From IMG/VR virus record IMGVR_UViG_3300049846_001482: a DNA stretch of 64,000 nucleotides. The stretch is one strand, 5' to 3'. A program made the translations under genes and the position numbers. Of the stretch, positions 8,859 through 18,217 are shown one piece after another (position 1 is the stretch's first letter; every line of letters begins with the position of its first letter). The stretch is from an uncultured virus (IMG/VR IMGVR_UViG_3300049846_001482) (taxonomy: Duplodnaviria > Heunggongvirae > Uroviricota > Caudoviricetes). Below the pieces are notes generated by a model. That model was given only the letters and a program-made list of their open reading frames with translations. It was not told the origin of the DNA and searched no databases.

Positions 8859-9641
8859 TTATTTAGTGGCGTACTTGTGAGGGAAAAGAAACTTGTCCAG
8901 CCAGACAAAAACCTTGTCTTGGACGTATCCGATGAGGATGATCACCAACATGATGGCGAACACCTTATCGATTCGGCTCTGGCGGTAAGCGATCTGAGCA
9001 ACACCACCCAGACCACCAGTGTTGTTGACGACCTCAGCCACCGTAATGTAAGTCCAACTGATGGCAACCAGAACTCGGATGTCGTCAAAAACACGAGCCA
9101 GAACGTCAGGGACGAAGACCTTACGGATGATGTTCCAGCGATTCTTGCTCAAGGTCTCAAGAGTCTGGACATAGGTCTCGTCCGTCTCCTGAATTCGCTG
9201 CACCACGACAGGGAGCAGATAGACGATGATACCAGCCGCCAAGAACTGCACCTTCATATTGGTCTCAATGCCAAACCAGCCAATGAAGAGACCGATGACG
9301 GCAGGAAGCGGGATGAAGCGAATGGCATCCAGATACTTGCGACACATCTCACGGAAGAACGGGAAGAGTCCGATGAGGAAGCCCAGAGGCAAGCTGATAG
9401 CCACAGCCTCAAGATATCCCAGGAGGTTCAGCTTGATGGAGTAGGCCGCATTTCGGGTCAGAGCATCCTCATAGAAGAGTGGCTTGAGGGCTCCAATGAC
9501 CGCTGTCGGTGATGGGAACTTGGCAGCACCGAACATGCAGACCACTTGCCACAGCCCGATGAAGAAGAAGAACCCGAACATCGAGATGGCAAAGGCTTTC
9601 TTTTCGGAGAGGTTGCTGCGAAGTTCAAAAAGGCCTTCCAT
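8859..9641 (-). CDS. ABC transporter permease (TauC/SsuC type)
   Basis: Multiple TM helices; PSP, RFIPLPA, SWTYITVAE..GLG. Confidence 0.93.
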   Translation of the reverse strand: MEGLFELRSNLSEKKAFAISMFGFFFFIGLWQVVCMFGAAKFPSPTAVIGALKPLFYEDALTRNAAYSIKLNLLGYLEAVAISLPLGFLIGLFPFFREMCRKYLDAIRFIPLPAVIGLFIGWFGIETNMKVQFLAAGIIVYLLPVVVQRIQETDETYVQTLETLSKNRWNIIRKVFVPDVLARVFDDIRVLVAISWTYITVAEVVNNTGGLGGVAQIAYRQSRIDKVFAIMLVIILIGYVQDKVFVWLDKFLFPHKYATK

Positions 9642-9892
9642 GACTGCTCCTTAGACGTAGTGGATGATGGTTGCTGTCTTCTCGTCCAGAACACAGTCGG
9701 AGAAAGCCAACTGCATCCTCTGTTGTTTGCTGATGAAGACGACCCCATATCCGTCACACTTGCTGCAAATCTTTTCGTGATCCCAACCAGTCTGCTCACA
9801 AACTGGACACCTTACCTCTGAGGGATACTTTTCTATCGCCTTGAGGTTATACATTGCTGGGAACTTCGATTTCTTCTTCATGACGCTCTCTA

Positions 9893-9942
9893 TAAAAGAA
9901 AGCGGTGCCATGCCCTACGGATTGATTAGAACATGGCACCGT
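9893..9942 (-). terminator. intrinsic terminator-like hairpin after the OmpA/SBP gene
   Basis: CGGTGCCATG/CATGGCACCG stem followed by CTTTCTTTT. Confidence 0.6.
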
Positions 9943-9956
9943 TTCTCGGTGGTCAA

Positions 9957-11516
9957 CTAGTTCAGCAGTTCGAAGTCCGTGCGGCGGTTCTGCTCACGAC
10001 CCTCGGCGGTGTCGTTGCTGGCCACAGGCTTGCTCGGACCATTGCCGATGACAGTGAAGCGGCGGCTGTCGAAGCCGTACTGCTGTGACAGGTAGTTCGC
10101 CACCGACTGGGCACGAGCCTCGCTCAACTGCTGGTTCAGTGAAGCAGAGCCAGTGCTGTCGGTGTTACCCTCGATGCGGACACGGGAACGAGCGAAGCCA
10201 CGAGCCGTATCAGCGAACTCAAGGTCGATGATCCGCTTGGCCATGGCGCTCAACTCGGCCGAACCGCTTGCGAAGGTGATGCTGACCTGCTTGGACGAAA
10301 ACGCCTCACGGGCAGCACCATCGGACTTCGAGATAGCCGAGAAGGTGGCAGCACCCTCAGCAGCATGCTCGGAACCACTCAGGTTCAGACTGCGGAGATA
10401 GGACGTGTCCGCCACCTGACGCCACGAAGGGGCGTTGTCCGAAGCCAGATTGATCTTCGTATACAGCACCTGCATCTTGGTGTAGAGCTCTTCGAGCTTC
10501 ACGCCAGAGTAGTTGCCGTTCAGGTTGAAGGAGTTCACGTTATCGCCGTAGGTCGTGAGACGGACGTTGTTGATGGCGTTGTAGCAGAAGTCCTCAGGCT
10601 GGTTCAACCCAGCAGCCAGGATCTTGGAGGCCTGACGCTTGGCCTCGTCCGACTGGTTGAGTTGAGCAGCACCGATGAGCCAGCCCTCGATGAGCTGCTT
10701 GACGCTCTCAGGGTACTTGTCGAGGAACTTCTTCTTGGCGTAGAACACGTCAGCGATGATGTTGGTGCCCTTGCTGTTCTTGAGGATCTTGGCACCAGCC
10801 ACCGACTTCACGCAGTCCTCGTCATCAGGAGCCCAGACCACAGCCGCATCGACCTTACCCTGCTTGAAGTAGGTGGCCGAGTCGATGGCAGACGGAGCCT
10901 TGACGATGGTGACATCGCTGTACTTGAGGCCGCCAGCGCTCAGAACCCACAGGAGGAAGGTGTGCGACGGAGTGCCCTCAGCCACAGAGACCTTCTTGCC
11001 CTTCAGGTCAGCCACCGTATTGATGGTGCCATTCGAGACGATGGCATCGCCGCCACGGGACCAGTCAGCCTGGAACACGACCTTGGGCTGATACTTCTCC
11101 AGTGACTCCGACTCGGTGACGAAGGAATCCGCAGTCGTCCAGAGCAGATCCACCTTGTCGTTCTTCCACGCTTCACGGCTGGCGTTGTAGTCGTCCATCA
11201 GGACGAACTCCACGTCGAGCCCGTAGCGCTTCTTGTACTCGGAGTCCGAGTTCGGCTTGAAGCCACGGTTGAAGTACTGACCACCCGCATAGCCACCCCA
11301 TGTGACCACGCAGACACGCAGGGGACGGTCCAGAGAAGCCGTCTGGGTCTGATTGCCAGCCCCGAAAGAGCCCGGCTCGATGTCCTGAGCCTGCTTGCCT
11401 TCGGGAGCGATGGCGGACAGCCACCCCTTGCTCTGAGCGAGCTTGTAACCACCCACCAGTGACCCAGCGATCACGAGGATGATGAGGAACTTGGAAAACG
11501 CCGTGAGGTTGTTCAT
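9957..11516 (-). CDS. NMT1/SsuA-like substrate-binding protein fused to a C-terminal OmpA domain
   Basis: DWSRGGDAIV, DLKGKKV; OmpA motifs IEGNTDSTG, NQQLSEARAQSV, GREQNRRTDF. Confidence 0.92.
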   Translation of the reverse strand: MNNLTAFSKFLIILVIAGSLVGGYKLAQSKGWLSAIAPEGKQAQDIEPGSFGAGNQTQTASLDRPLRVCVVTWGGYAGGQYFNRGFKPNSDSEYKKRYGLDVEFVLMDDYNASREAWKNDKVDLLWTTADSFVTESESLEKYQPKVVFQADWSRGGDAIVSNGTINTVADLKGKKVSVAEGTPSHTFLLWVLSAGGLKYSDVTIVKAPSAIDSATYFKQGKVDAAVVWAPDDEDCVKSVAGAKILKNSKGTNIIADVFYAKKKFLDKYPESVKQLIEGWLIGAAQLNQSDEAKRQASKILAAGLNQPEDFCYNAINNVRLTTYGDNVNSFNLNGNYSGVKLEELYTKMQVLYTKINLASDNAPSWRQVADTSYLRSLNLSGSEHAAEGAATFSAISKSDGAAREAFSSKQVSITFASGSAELSAMAKRIIDLEFADTARGFARSRVRIEGNTDSTGSASLNQQLSEARAQSVANYLSQQYGFDSRRFTVIGNGPSKPVASNDTAEGREQNRRTDFELLN

Positions 11517-11557
11517 TGCCTTACTCCTTTCTATTCCGGGTTAGAGATCTGAGCTGA

Positions 11558-12577
11558 TTAGCTCAGGTATTTCGAGCGACCACCGCTCTTTCCAACGCCA
11601 ACCACGACATCTTCTTCGTCGAGGTTGACGACAGAACCTTCGTCATTCGCAGCAGCAAGAACCTGCTGCTTCTCCTTGGGTGAGAGAAGGAAGGTAGTGC
11701 TCTTCTTCTCCCACTCTTCGAGCATCTTGAGGCCTTCCTCTTGCAAGACCCCGTTCTGGATGTCGATGCTGTCCATGAAACCCTTCGAGATCTCCATGAA
11801 GTGTTCCATCTCACCGACACGCTCACCGATGTTGTTGGCCATGAACTCCATCGACTGGTCGAACATGGCCTTCTTATCGGGATTTCCGTTGATGACCGAC
11901 ATGGCGCTGCGGAAGGCGTTGGAACTGACCTTGATGGCCTCGAACTCCCGCTTGCGGACATCGACCTCATCCTTGGTGTCTTCAAGCACGACGGCAGCGT
12001 TCTCCCGCATCTTCAGAAGGACACGGTAGACCACTTCCAGCTTGGTGAACAGGGCTTGCAGGGTGAGGTTGGAGTTCTCAAGGCGACCAGCCTTGCGAGA
12101 AGCCAAGACCATGGCCGTCTCGTTCTGAGCCTTCTTGGCCGCAGAAGCCGTCTTGAGATTGCTGTTTCGCTGGGTCTCGTTGGCCTCGATGACTCGCTTG
12201 AGAGAAGCCATCTGGCCACGCAGATTGCGAATCTGCTCATCCATCTTCCTCATGTTGTCTTCGAGGGTTCGGATGTAGCCCTCAACGATAGCGATGGGGT
12301 CGAGTTCGATGATGGCCCCAGTGATCTTCTTGCAGACGATCTGGTAGAGGGACCAGACGATGTTGCGGAACTTGTCGTCCAGAGCCAGTGTGACGATGCC
12401 CACGACAGCCACACCCAAGAGGATGGCATAGAGGGTGTTCTGGAGCAGGACGACCAGGGTTGGAGCAAGCAGCACCAACCCTACCACGGCAAGAGCAGCG
12501 AAAATCATGCCGGTGGTTCCCTCTGGACGGTCCCAGAAGGACTTCTTTTCAGGTGTGATTTGAGGCATCGTGGACAT
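11558..12577 (-). CDS. membrane-anchored coiled-coil protein, PspA/IM30-like
   Basis: Two TM helices, then DPIAIVE..long heptad coiled coil. Confidence 0.65.
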   Translation of the reverse strand: MSTMPQITPEKKSFWDRPEGTTGMIFAALAVVGLVLLAPTLVVLLQNTLYAILLGVAVVGIVTLALDDKFRNIVWSLYQIVCKKITGAIIELDPIAIVEGYIRTLEDNMRKMDEQIRNLRGQMASLKRVIEANETQRNSNLKTASAAKKAQNETAMVLASRKAGRLENSNLTLQALFTKLEVVYRVLLKMRENAAVVLEDTKDEVDVRKREFEAIKVSSNAFRSAMSVINGNPDKKAMFDQSMEFMANNIGERVGEMEHFMEISKGFMDSIDIQNGVLQEEGLKMLEEWEKKSTTFLLSPKEKQQVLAAANDEGSVVNLDEEDVVVGVGKSGGRSKYLS

Positions 12578-12592
12578 TTCTATTCCCCTTCC

Positions 12593-13267
12593 TTATTTAG
12601 AGAGATATTCAGTGATCTTCGAGATGTCCGAGTTGATCTTCTTGGCCAGGAAGTTCTTGGTCGCCATGAAGCGGCCCTTGGCCTCAGCCGTCTTGGTCTC
12701 ACTGGCTACGATCTCATCAGCCACCTTCGTCTTCTTGGTCTCCAGAGCCTTGATTTGGCTCTCCAGAGTCTTGATTTGCTTGTCGAAGTCCTCGATCTGA
12801 GAACGCTTCTCTGCGTCCAAAGCCTCGGCGTCAGCAAGCTCACGCTTGAGGGTTTCCTCTTCCTCAGACAGAACTTCGAGAGCCTGCTGGGCAGAAGAGA
12901 TTATCTTGCTGGGCGAACACTTCATGGCCTTGGCAGAAGCGCCAGCCGCCTTGAAGCGGGTCTCTTCGTCGGGGATGCTCTTCTCCATATTGGAGAGAGT
13001 TTCAGAGAATTCGAGGTAGCCGTAGCCCGCCGACTTACCCTTCTCGATGGCATCCTGCAGACCAGCCAAGATGTTCTGGTCCACACTGCTGTTGGAGCCA
13101 GCAGTCTCGGTGGCAGCGCCCGCACGAGTGGTTCCACGATAGCGGGAATTCTTCGCAGGAGCCGCAGCAGGGGCAGTTTCCTCGGCAACCTCAGTCACAG
13201 GAGCCGCATCAGCAGGAGCCTCGGTGGGCGATTCCTTGACGAACAACGACTTGATGAATCCAGCCAT
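12593..13267 (-). CDS. coiled-coil hypothetical protein, first gene of the envelope operon
   Basis: AAGGAG SD; promoter upstream; heptad-rich C-terminus. Confidence 0.8.
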   Translation of the reverse strand: MAGFIKSLFVKESPTEAPADAAPVTEVAEETAPAAAPAKNSRYRGTTRAGAATETAGSNSSVDQNILAGLQDAIEKGKSAGYGYLEFSETLSNMEKSIPDEETRFKAAGASAKAMKCSPSKIISSAQQALEVLSEEEETLKRELADAEALDAEKRSQIEDFDKQIKTLESQIKALETKKTKVADEIVASETKTAEAKGRFMATKNFLAKKINSDISKITEYLSK

Positions 13268-13299
13268 GATTTTCTCCTTGTTTGATTACGATGGTTGTA

Positions 13300-13328
13300 A
13301 GTATAACATCGTAAGTATTACTTGTCAA
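13300..13328 (-). promoter_or_regulatory. sigma70-type promoter of the ABC/OmpA operon
   Basis: TTGACA-N17-TATACT with TG extension. Confidence 0.8.
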
Positions 13329-13337
13329 GAACTATTT

Positions 13338-13814
13338 TCACCAATATCCGTTACGCCCTCTTAGGTATTCCTTTTCATGTTTTCTAAGGATTTCCTTGGC
13401 TTCTGCATAGTCACCGAAGGAATATCCCAGCATCCAGTGGGAGATCCTTTCTCCCTTTTCGTCAAGGAACTCCTTGACTTCCCCGTTTTCATCCACGTAT
13501 TTGTCGTATGTTTCCTTCGACAAATCAAGCAGTGGTTTGATGTCCCCAGTCTTTGCGTAGTAAAGTTTTGCTTTGCAGAACTTCTCGTGGGATTCGTAGC
13601 ATTCCACGGAGCAAAACTTCCTCTTGCAAGTCTCACAGGGAACAGTAAGGGGCTTCTTTCGTTGTCTCTGGTGGTTGAGATAGCCAGGGCAGGATTTGGG
13701 GCTTTTCTTGCTACCCTTTTTCGCTGCCTTTGAGATGGGCTCCAAAATCTCGGCTTCTTTCTTGCCTTCTATCCGAGCGTCCTTGTTAGCCCATTTCTTC
13801 TCAAACTTGTTCAC
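13338..13814 (-). CDS. hypothetical protein with Cys-rich (Zn-finger-like) segment
   Basis: CETCKRKFCSVECYESH. Confidence 0.6.
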   Translation of the reverse strand: MNKFEKKWANKDARIEGKKEAEILEPISKAAKKGSKKSPKSCPGYLNHQRQRKKPLTVPCETCKRKFCSVECYESHEKFCKAKLYYAKTGDIKPLLDLSKETYDKYVDENGEVKEFLDEKGERISHWMLGYSFGDYAEAKEILRKHEKEYLRGRNGYW

Positions 13815-14265
13815 GGCTGATCTCTGCTCTTACCTTCATAAGCAACTTGCCCAGAAGGTTTTGTCCTTTGCCCACTGACTTGAGAGCCCCAGTTCCCCAG
13901 AGGGTATCGTAGGGGCTATCTTCATATATGAGGCGGTCTCCACTCTTGAGCAGCACCGTCTTGAATTGATGCTGTGAGAACTTTGCCCGTAGAGCAGTCA
14001 ACATGACCTCTTCTCTGACGGACTCCCAATCACTTCTCAAGGGTAGGGAGCGACCCAACTTCTTTGCCTGACCAGGAGAGGAGGCGGATCTCACTTTTTC
14101 CTGGTCAGGCATTGAAGTTGATTTCATCGCTTGGAAATAATGCTCCACTGTCGGCCAGTTTCTTCCGTCCACCATGATGTTGCTTGGATAGAAGTTGGAG
14201 AAACAAGCGAACTCGTTGTCTCCACCGAAGAAAAACAGGGGCTCCATCATTTCCAGTTGTTCCAT
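13801..14265 (-). CDS. NADAR (YbiA-like) family protein
   Basis: FSNFY, WPTVEHYFQAMK, AKKLGR, AKFSQH, DTLWG, GQNLLGKLLMKVR. Confidence 0.92.
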   Translation of the reverse strand: MEQLEMMEPLFFFGGDNEFACFSNFYPSNIMVDGRNWPTVEHYFQAMKSTSMPDQEKVRSASSPGQAKKLGRSLPLRSDWESVREEVMLTALRAKFSQHQFKTVLLKSGDRLIYEDSPYDTLWGTGALKSVGKGQNLLGKLLMKVRAEISREQV

Positions 14266-14266
14266 C

Positions 14267-14473
14267 TTACTTGGACACCTTCTGGACGTTGGCGGCCTGC
14301 GGACCCTTGTTGCCCTGCTCGACTTCAAAGGTCACTTCCTCGCCTTCGGCCAGGGTCTTGAAGCCCTCGCCCTGAATGGCGCTGAAGTGCACGAAGATGT
14401 CCTTGCTCTTGTCGGCGGGCTCGATGAAGCCGAAGCCCTTCTTGTCGTTGAACCACTTGACTTTGCCGTTCAT
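14267..14473 (-). CDS. cspA: cold-shock protein
   Basis: [39 protein letters not shown]. Confidence 0.97.
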   Translation of the reverse strand: MNGKVKWFNDKKGFGFIEPADKSKDIFVHFSAIQGEGFKTLAEGEEVTFEVEQGNKGPQAANVQKVSK

Positions 14474-14618
14474 GTTATTGCTCCTTCCGGTTAGTACTCT
14501 TGCGAGTGAGGTTAGAATTCTCATGACCACTTCCTTTACACTGTCCCAGACCATCTGGGCATTGCTACCACTTACGCATTTCCGCCTCCTTGAAAATGTT
14601 GCTTGTTCAGTGGGCTTG

Positions 14619-14647
14619 ATATTACTTTTTTTCGAGTTACTTGTCAA
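14619..14647 (-). promoter_or_regulatory. sigma70-type promoter for csp
   Basis: TTGACA-N17-TAATAT. Confidence 0.65.
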
Positions 14648-15072
14648 GCCCAAAATGTCACTTCTTCAGAGTTTCCCCTCTTTCATAGCCTTGATGTCGC
14701 TGGGGTAGATGGGAAACTCAAAGAAGCCGTTGTTGTCCAGATCCCCATAGCCGTAGCTCGTCTGCTCGGAGATGTCAGTGGAGACACCATAGGGATAAGC
14801 CATGTAAAGGAGTCGCTGGCCGATCTTATGCTTGTCGTCCAAGTCCAGATCGGTCAACATCTCCTTTCCACAGACTTCTTTAGCCATCTTGTAGAGCATC
14901 GACTTCGGGAACTGGTTGTTCATGATCTCTCCTATTTGAGAAGCATCCAGACAGCTATCCACTTGTCGCATTTGTCGCAGTAGCCGTGAATTCTCCATCG
15001 CTGCTCTGGAAATGGGAAACAGAAATCGATGTAGTTGTGTCGATGAAAGAGTCTTTTTAAGAAGTCCATGTC

Positions 15073-16227
15073 TTAGACCTCGATGACGATTTCTTTGATC
15101 TTCAAAGTCTCCATCAAGTACTTGATGTGAGTCTCACGAAGACCCTGCTTGACCGAATCAATGTTGCCATTCCGCAATCCAAACAAGATGCCATTGAAGG
15201 GAACATCCTTGATTGCAAGGGCAAAGTCCTTCTGAGCCTGCTTGTCTCCCTTGGGCATGTCCTTGACCTTGTTCCAAGCGGACTCTATCTGCTCAAGCAG
15301 ACCAACATACTTCTCCTTGATCTGCGTGTGCATGGACTTGAACTCAGGGAAGTAGTTCAAGAACTCCTCGGACTCGTTGGAACGGACGATCTCCAACATG
15401 CGCTTGGAGCCCATGCCGTCCCTCATGTGGTGCAGGGCGACATACTGCGGAGTCTTGATCTTGACCCTGTTGAAGTTGGCATCGCAGACAACATAGCCCT
15501 CACCCTCAGTCGGCGGGATATGCTCCAGCGTCTTGAGAACATCGTCCAGCGTACCCAGAGGGTAGGACTTGATTATCTCCCAGCCATATGCCATGTTGAA
15601 AACATTAACTGGAGAACCTTCGGCGTAGGATGCTATTCTCTTGGGAATATCAGAAGCCTCTTTCACGGAACGATAGCCGTGGAAGATGATGCGATTTGCC
15701 GTATGTTGAACAACCTGCTTGTTGTAGGGAGTGCAGAGTTCAAACATATAGCAAAACGAAGTCGCCACCTCATCCGTAGATGGCAACTTGTAGCCCAACT
15801 CATTCCACACCTTCCAGAACAGTTCTGCGAAGGTCAAGTTGGTGCCGTAGAGATTACCACCGGCATCGGGGGTGCCAGACGAAGCCACATGCCACTGGTT
15901 GTCGTACCAGTAGAGGGTCATGAGGGAGCCATCAGCCTTCTCATAGACCTTGGCAGTAGCCCAGTCTATGGGAGCAGCGTGACCCTCACCGTGGTTGAAG
16001 AACTTGTTGTAGGGGTAGGAGACAACAGCCCAGTTGTCGGACTCATCCAAGATGATTCCACGGCACTCCTGCACGATCTTCTCGCCCATAGGCGACTCGA
16101 TCTGGGAGTATTTGAACAACACCAAGTTGGGATACTTTGGGTGCCGCTTGACAGAAACGCCATACTTGGCCGTCATGTCTTCGGGCTTGTTGTCAGGATT
16201 ACGGAGAAACTTCTGTAGTTCGAGCAT
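15073..16227 (-). CDS. T4 Rnl1-like RNA ligase
   Basis: ECRGIILD, KFFN, motif I EKADGS, FEL, EGYVV, RVKIK. Confidence 0.9.
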   Translation of the reverse strand: MLELQKFLRNPDNKPEDMTAKYGVSVKRHPKYPNLVLFKYSQIESPMGEKIVQECRGIILDESDNWAVVSYPYNKFFNHGEGHAAPIDWATAKVYEKADGSLMTLYWYDNQWHVASSGTPDAGGNLYGTNLTFAELFWKVWNELGYKLPSTDEVATSFCYMFELCTPYNKQVVQHTANRIIFHGYRSVKEASDIPKRIASYAEGSPVNVFNMAYGWEIIKSYPLGTLDDVLKTLEHIPPTEGEGYVVCDANFNRVKIKTPQYVALHHMRDGMGSKRMLEIVRSNESEEFLNYFPEFKSMHTQIKEKYVGLLEQIESAWNKVKDMPKGDKQAQKDFALAIKDVPFNGILFGLRNGNIDSVKQGLRETHIKYLMETLKIKEIVIEV

Positions 16228-16254
16228 TTCTTACCTTTCGACTTGATAGTGCGA

Positions 16255-17376
16255 TTAGTTCTGGGCAGTATATCGCTCTTTCAAAAGCCTGTCAATGTTA
16301 TTTTTGGCCTTTTCGTGGTCGAAGTAGCTGGTGTAGAAAACCTCGGCATTCCGCAGTTTGGCCAGGAAATCCCTGCGGTGTTCCACGAAGATTTCCTTCG
16401 GAACGTGGGCATATTCCGCCTCTATCTGGTTGTCATATTCCAGAAAACGAGTCCAGTCAGAGGCAAAGATGGCAAAGTCGATGTCGTGGAGGATGTGAAG
16501 GTCCGTGTTGACCAAGGCATCCTTGTTCTGCAGCCAGTTCGTTGAACGGATCAGTTTAGCCACCAACTGCTGTTCGCTCTCTGGCATTCTGGATTTCTTG
16601 GCATGCTCTAAGAAGAGGTTGGCGCTGGCCTCTTCGTTGTCATCCTTACCAGGCTCATAAACAGCATCGTGGAAAGCTAAAGCCATTTCCACCAGATCTG
16701 GCTTTTCCAAGTGAGCCTTGACTCTGGCGAACTGCTCTATGCACTCATGGATGTGAGTGGAGTTGTGGTAAGGACGATCCTTGATGTCGTAGATGTTCAT
16801 CAGGGAACGATAGGTCGTTTCAAAGCCATACTTCTTGAAAAGGTAATCAAGGCGGTAGTGGTCTTTGGAAGAGAATCGGTAGTAGAGTTCCTGAGCAACG
16901 CAGCGAGGAACGTATTGCCTGACAGCCCTCTCCCAGCCGTTGAATCCAACAAGACCCTTGACCATTGAACTGGAAACATGCCCAACCTCCACCTTCGGCA
17001 TCAAGAAAACCGATTGGATGGCATAGCCATTGGCAATGTCGTGGTTGATACGGGCTATCTGAGCCTCGTATTCAAAGTCCAGATTTGACCTGATTCCACG
17101 AAGCAGATATTCGGCTCCCTGCTCTCTGGCAAAGGTCACGATGAAGTCCTTATCCACGCTGACCACTTCAACGTTTGGAAGCTCTCCGTCGTGCTGCTCT
17201 ATGATGGCTTCCTTGATGAGCGCCATGCGGGTTTCAAGGTCAAACATGCACTTTTTCTCGGCATTGGTTGACACAGCCACTATCAACTTGTCGAAAAGCT
17301 GAGATCCCTCCCAAATCATCCACAGATGACCAGCGGTAATCGGGTCAAAGGATCCTGCATAGATGGCTATCCGCAT
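16255..17376 (-). CDS. coaD: phosphopantetheine adenylyltransferase fused to an HD-domain protein
   Basis: IYAGSFDPITAGH, LRGIR..DFEYE, VSSSMVK; C-terminal RPYHN..H..FHDAVY..DNEEASA..LHDID. Confidence 0.9.
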   Translation of the reverse strand: MRIAIYAGSFDPITAGHLWMIWEGSQLFDKLIVAVSTNAEKKCMFDLETRMALIKEAIIEQHDGELPNVEVVSVDKDFIVTFAREQGAEYLLRGIRSNLDFEYEAQIARINHDIANGYAIQSVFLMPKVEVGHVSSSMVKGLVGFNGWERAVRQYVPRCVAQELYYRFSSKDHYRLDYLFKKYGFETTYRSLMNIYDIKDRPYHNSTHIHECIEQFARVKAHLEKPDLVEMALAFHDAVYEPGKDDNEEASANLFLEHAKKSRMPESEQQLVAKLIRSTNWLQNKDALVNTDLHILHDIDFAIFASDWTRFLEYDNQIEAEYAHVPKEIFVEHRRDFLAKLRNAEVFYTSYFDHEKAKNNIDRLLKERYTAQN

Positions 17377-17383
17377 TCTTACC

Positions 17384-17644
17384 TCAGGCGAACTTGATTT
17401 TACCCTTATAGGGCTGTAGGTCAAAGAGCGGGAGCTGGTCCTTGTGAACTCTAATACCCAGCTCCCACTCAAGACCTATCATCTCTATCCGTTTGGGCTT
17501 GAATTGATCTGTTAGATATTCGAGCTCTTCTTCGAGCTCGTATATCTTCTCTTGAAGCCTATTCGCCTCTGATTCGTGTTCTTCAAACTCAGAGGTGAGT
17601 AGCCCCAAGCGTTCCTTCTTTTGCAGTATCTCTGCGAGTTCCAC
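17384..17644 (-). CDS. coiled-coil hypothetical protein
   Basis: 86-aa ORF in the operon. Confidence 0.6.
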   Translation of the reverse strand: MELAEILQKKERLGLLTSEFEEHESEANRLQEKIYELEEELEYLTDQFKPKRIEMIGLEWELGIRVHKDQLPLFDLQPYKGKIKFA

Positions 17645-17650
17645 GAAGAC

Positions 17651-18202
17651 CTACTTGGAGCGGCGAAGACGGAGAGTGCTCTTGATGGTCTTGTAGATCT
17701 TGGTCTTCTCGTCTTCGTAGTTGAAGATGTCGATGACCCAGCCGAACTTCTTGATGTTGTCCTTCGCCATGCCCACGTACTTCTCGGTCCAGCCAGCCCC
17801 ACCAAAAGCGAGGATGGATGGAATGCGGCTGTGCTCTGCCTTCGAGAACCAGTGCTCAAAACGCTCTTGGTCCGAGCCCTGCACCGCCTTGTAGCGGGTC
17901 TCGATGGCGATCTTGCGCTTGTTGCGAGGATTGATGAGCAGGAAGTCAATGCGATACCCCTTCTTGAACTGGGGGACCACGATGACTGCCTCTTCTGTCA
18001 TTTCGACCAGCTCTGGCACGAAGAGACGAGCAGGGATGGTCTTGATGTCGAACTTCTTCTGCAGGAAGTTCTTGAGAAATTCCATCTCGAAGAACTTGCC
18101 CCGCTTGACACCCTTGGCCCCAGGGGCGAGATGACGAGGAATGCTGTCAAACTCGACCCTGGATGTCCGCTTCTTCTTCGCTGCCTTTTTCTTGGACGCC
18201 AT
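17651..18202 (-). CDS. PD-(D/E)XK nuclease-like protein
   Basis: GKFFE..YRIDFLL..IAIETRY..GSDQE pattern. Confidence 0.6.
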   Translation of the reverse strand: MASKKKAAKKKRTSRVEFDSIPRHLAPGAKGVKRGKFFEMEFLKNFLQKKFDIKTIPARLFVPELVEMTEEAVIVVPQFKKGYRIDFLLINPRNKRKIAIETRYKAVQGSDQERFEHWFSKAEHSRIPSILAFGGAGWTEKYVGMAKDNIKKFGWVIDIFNYEDEKTKIYKTIKSTLRLRRSK

Positions 18203-18217
18203 GAAGCGCTCCTAGTT

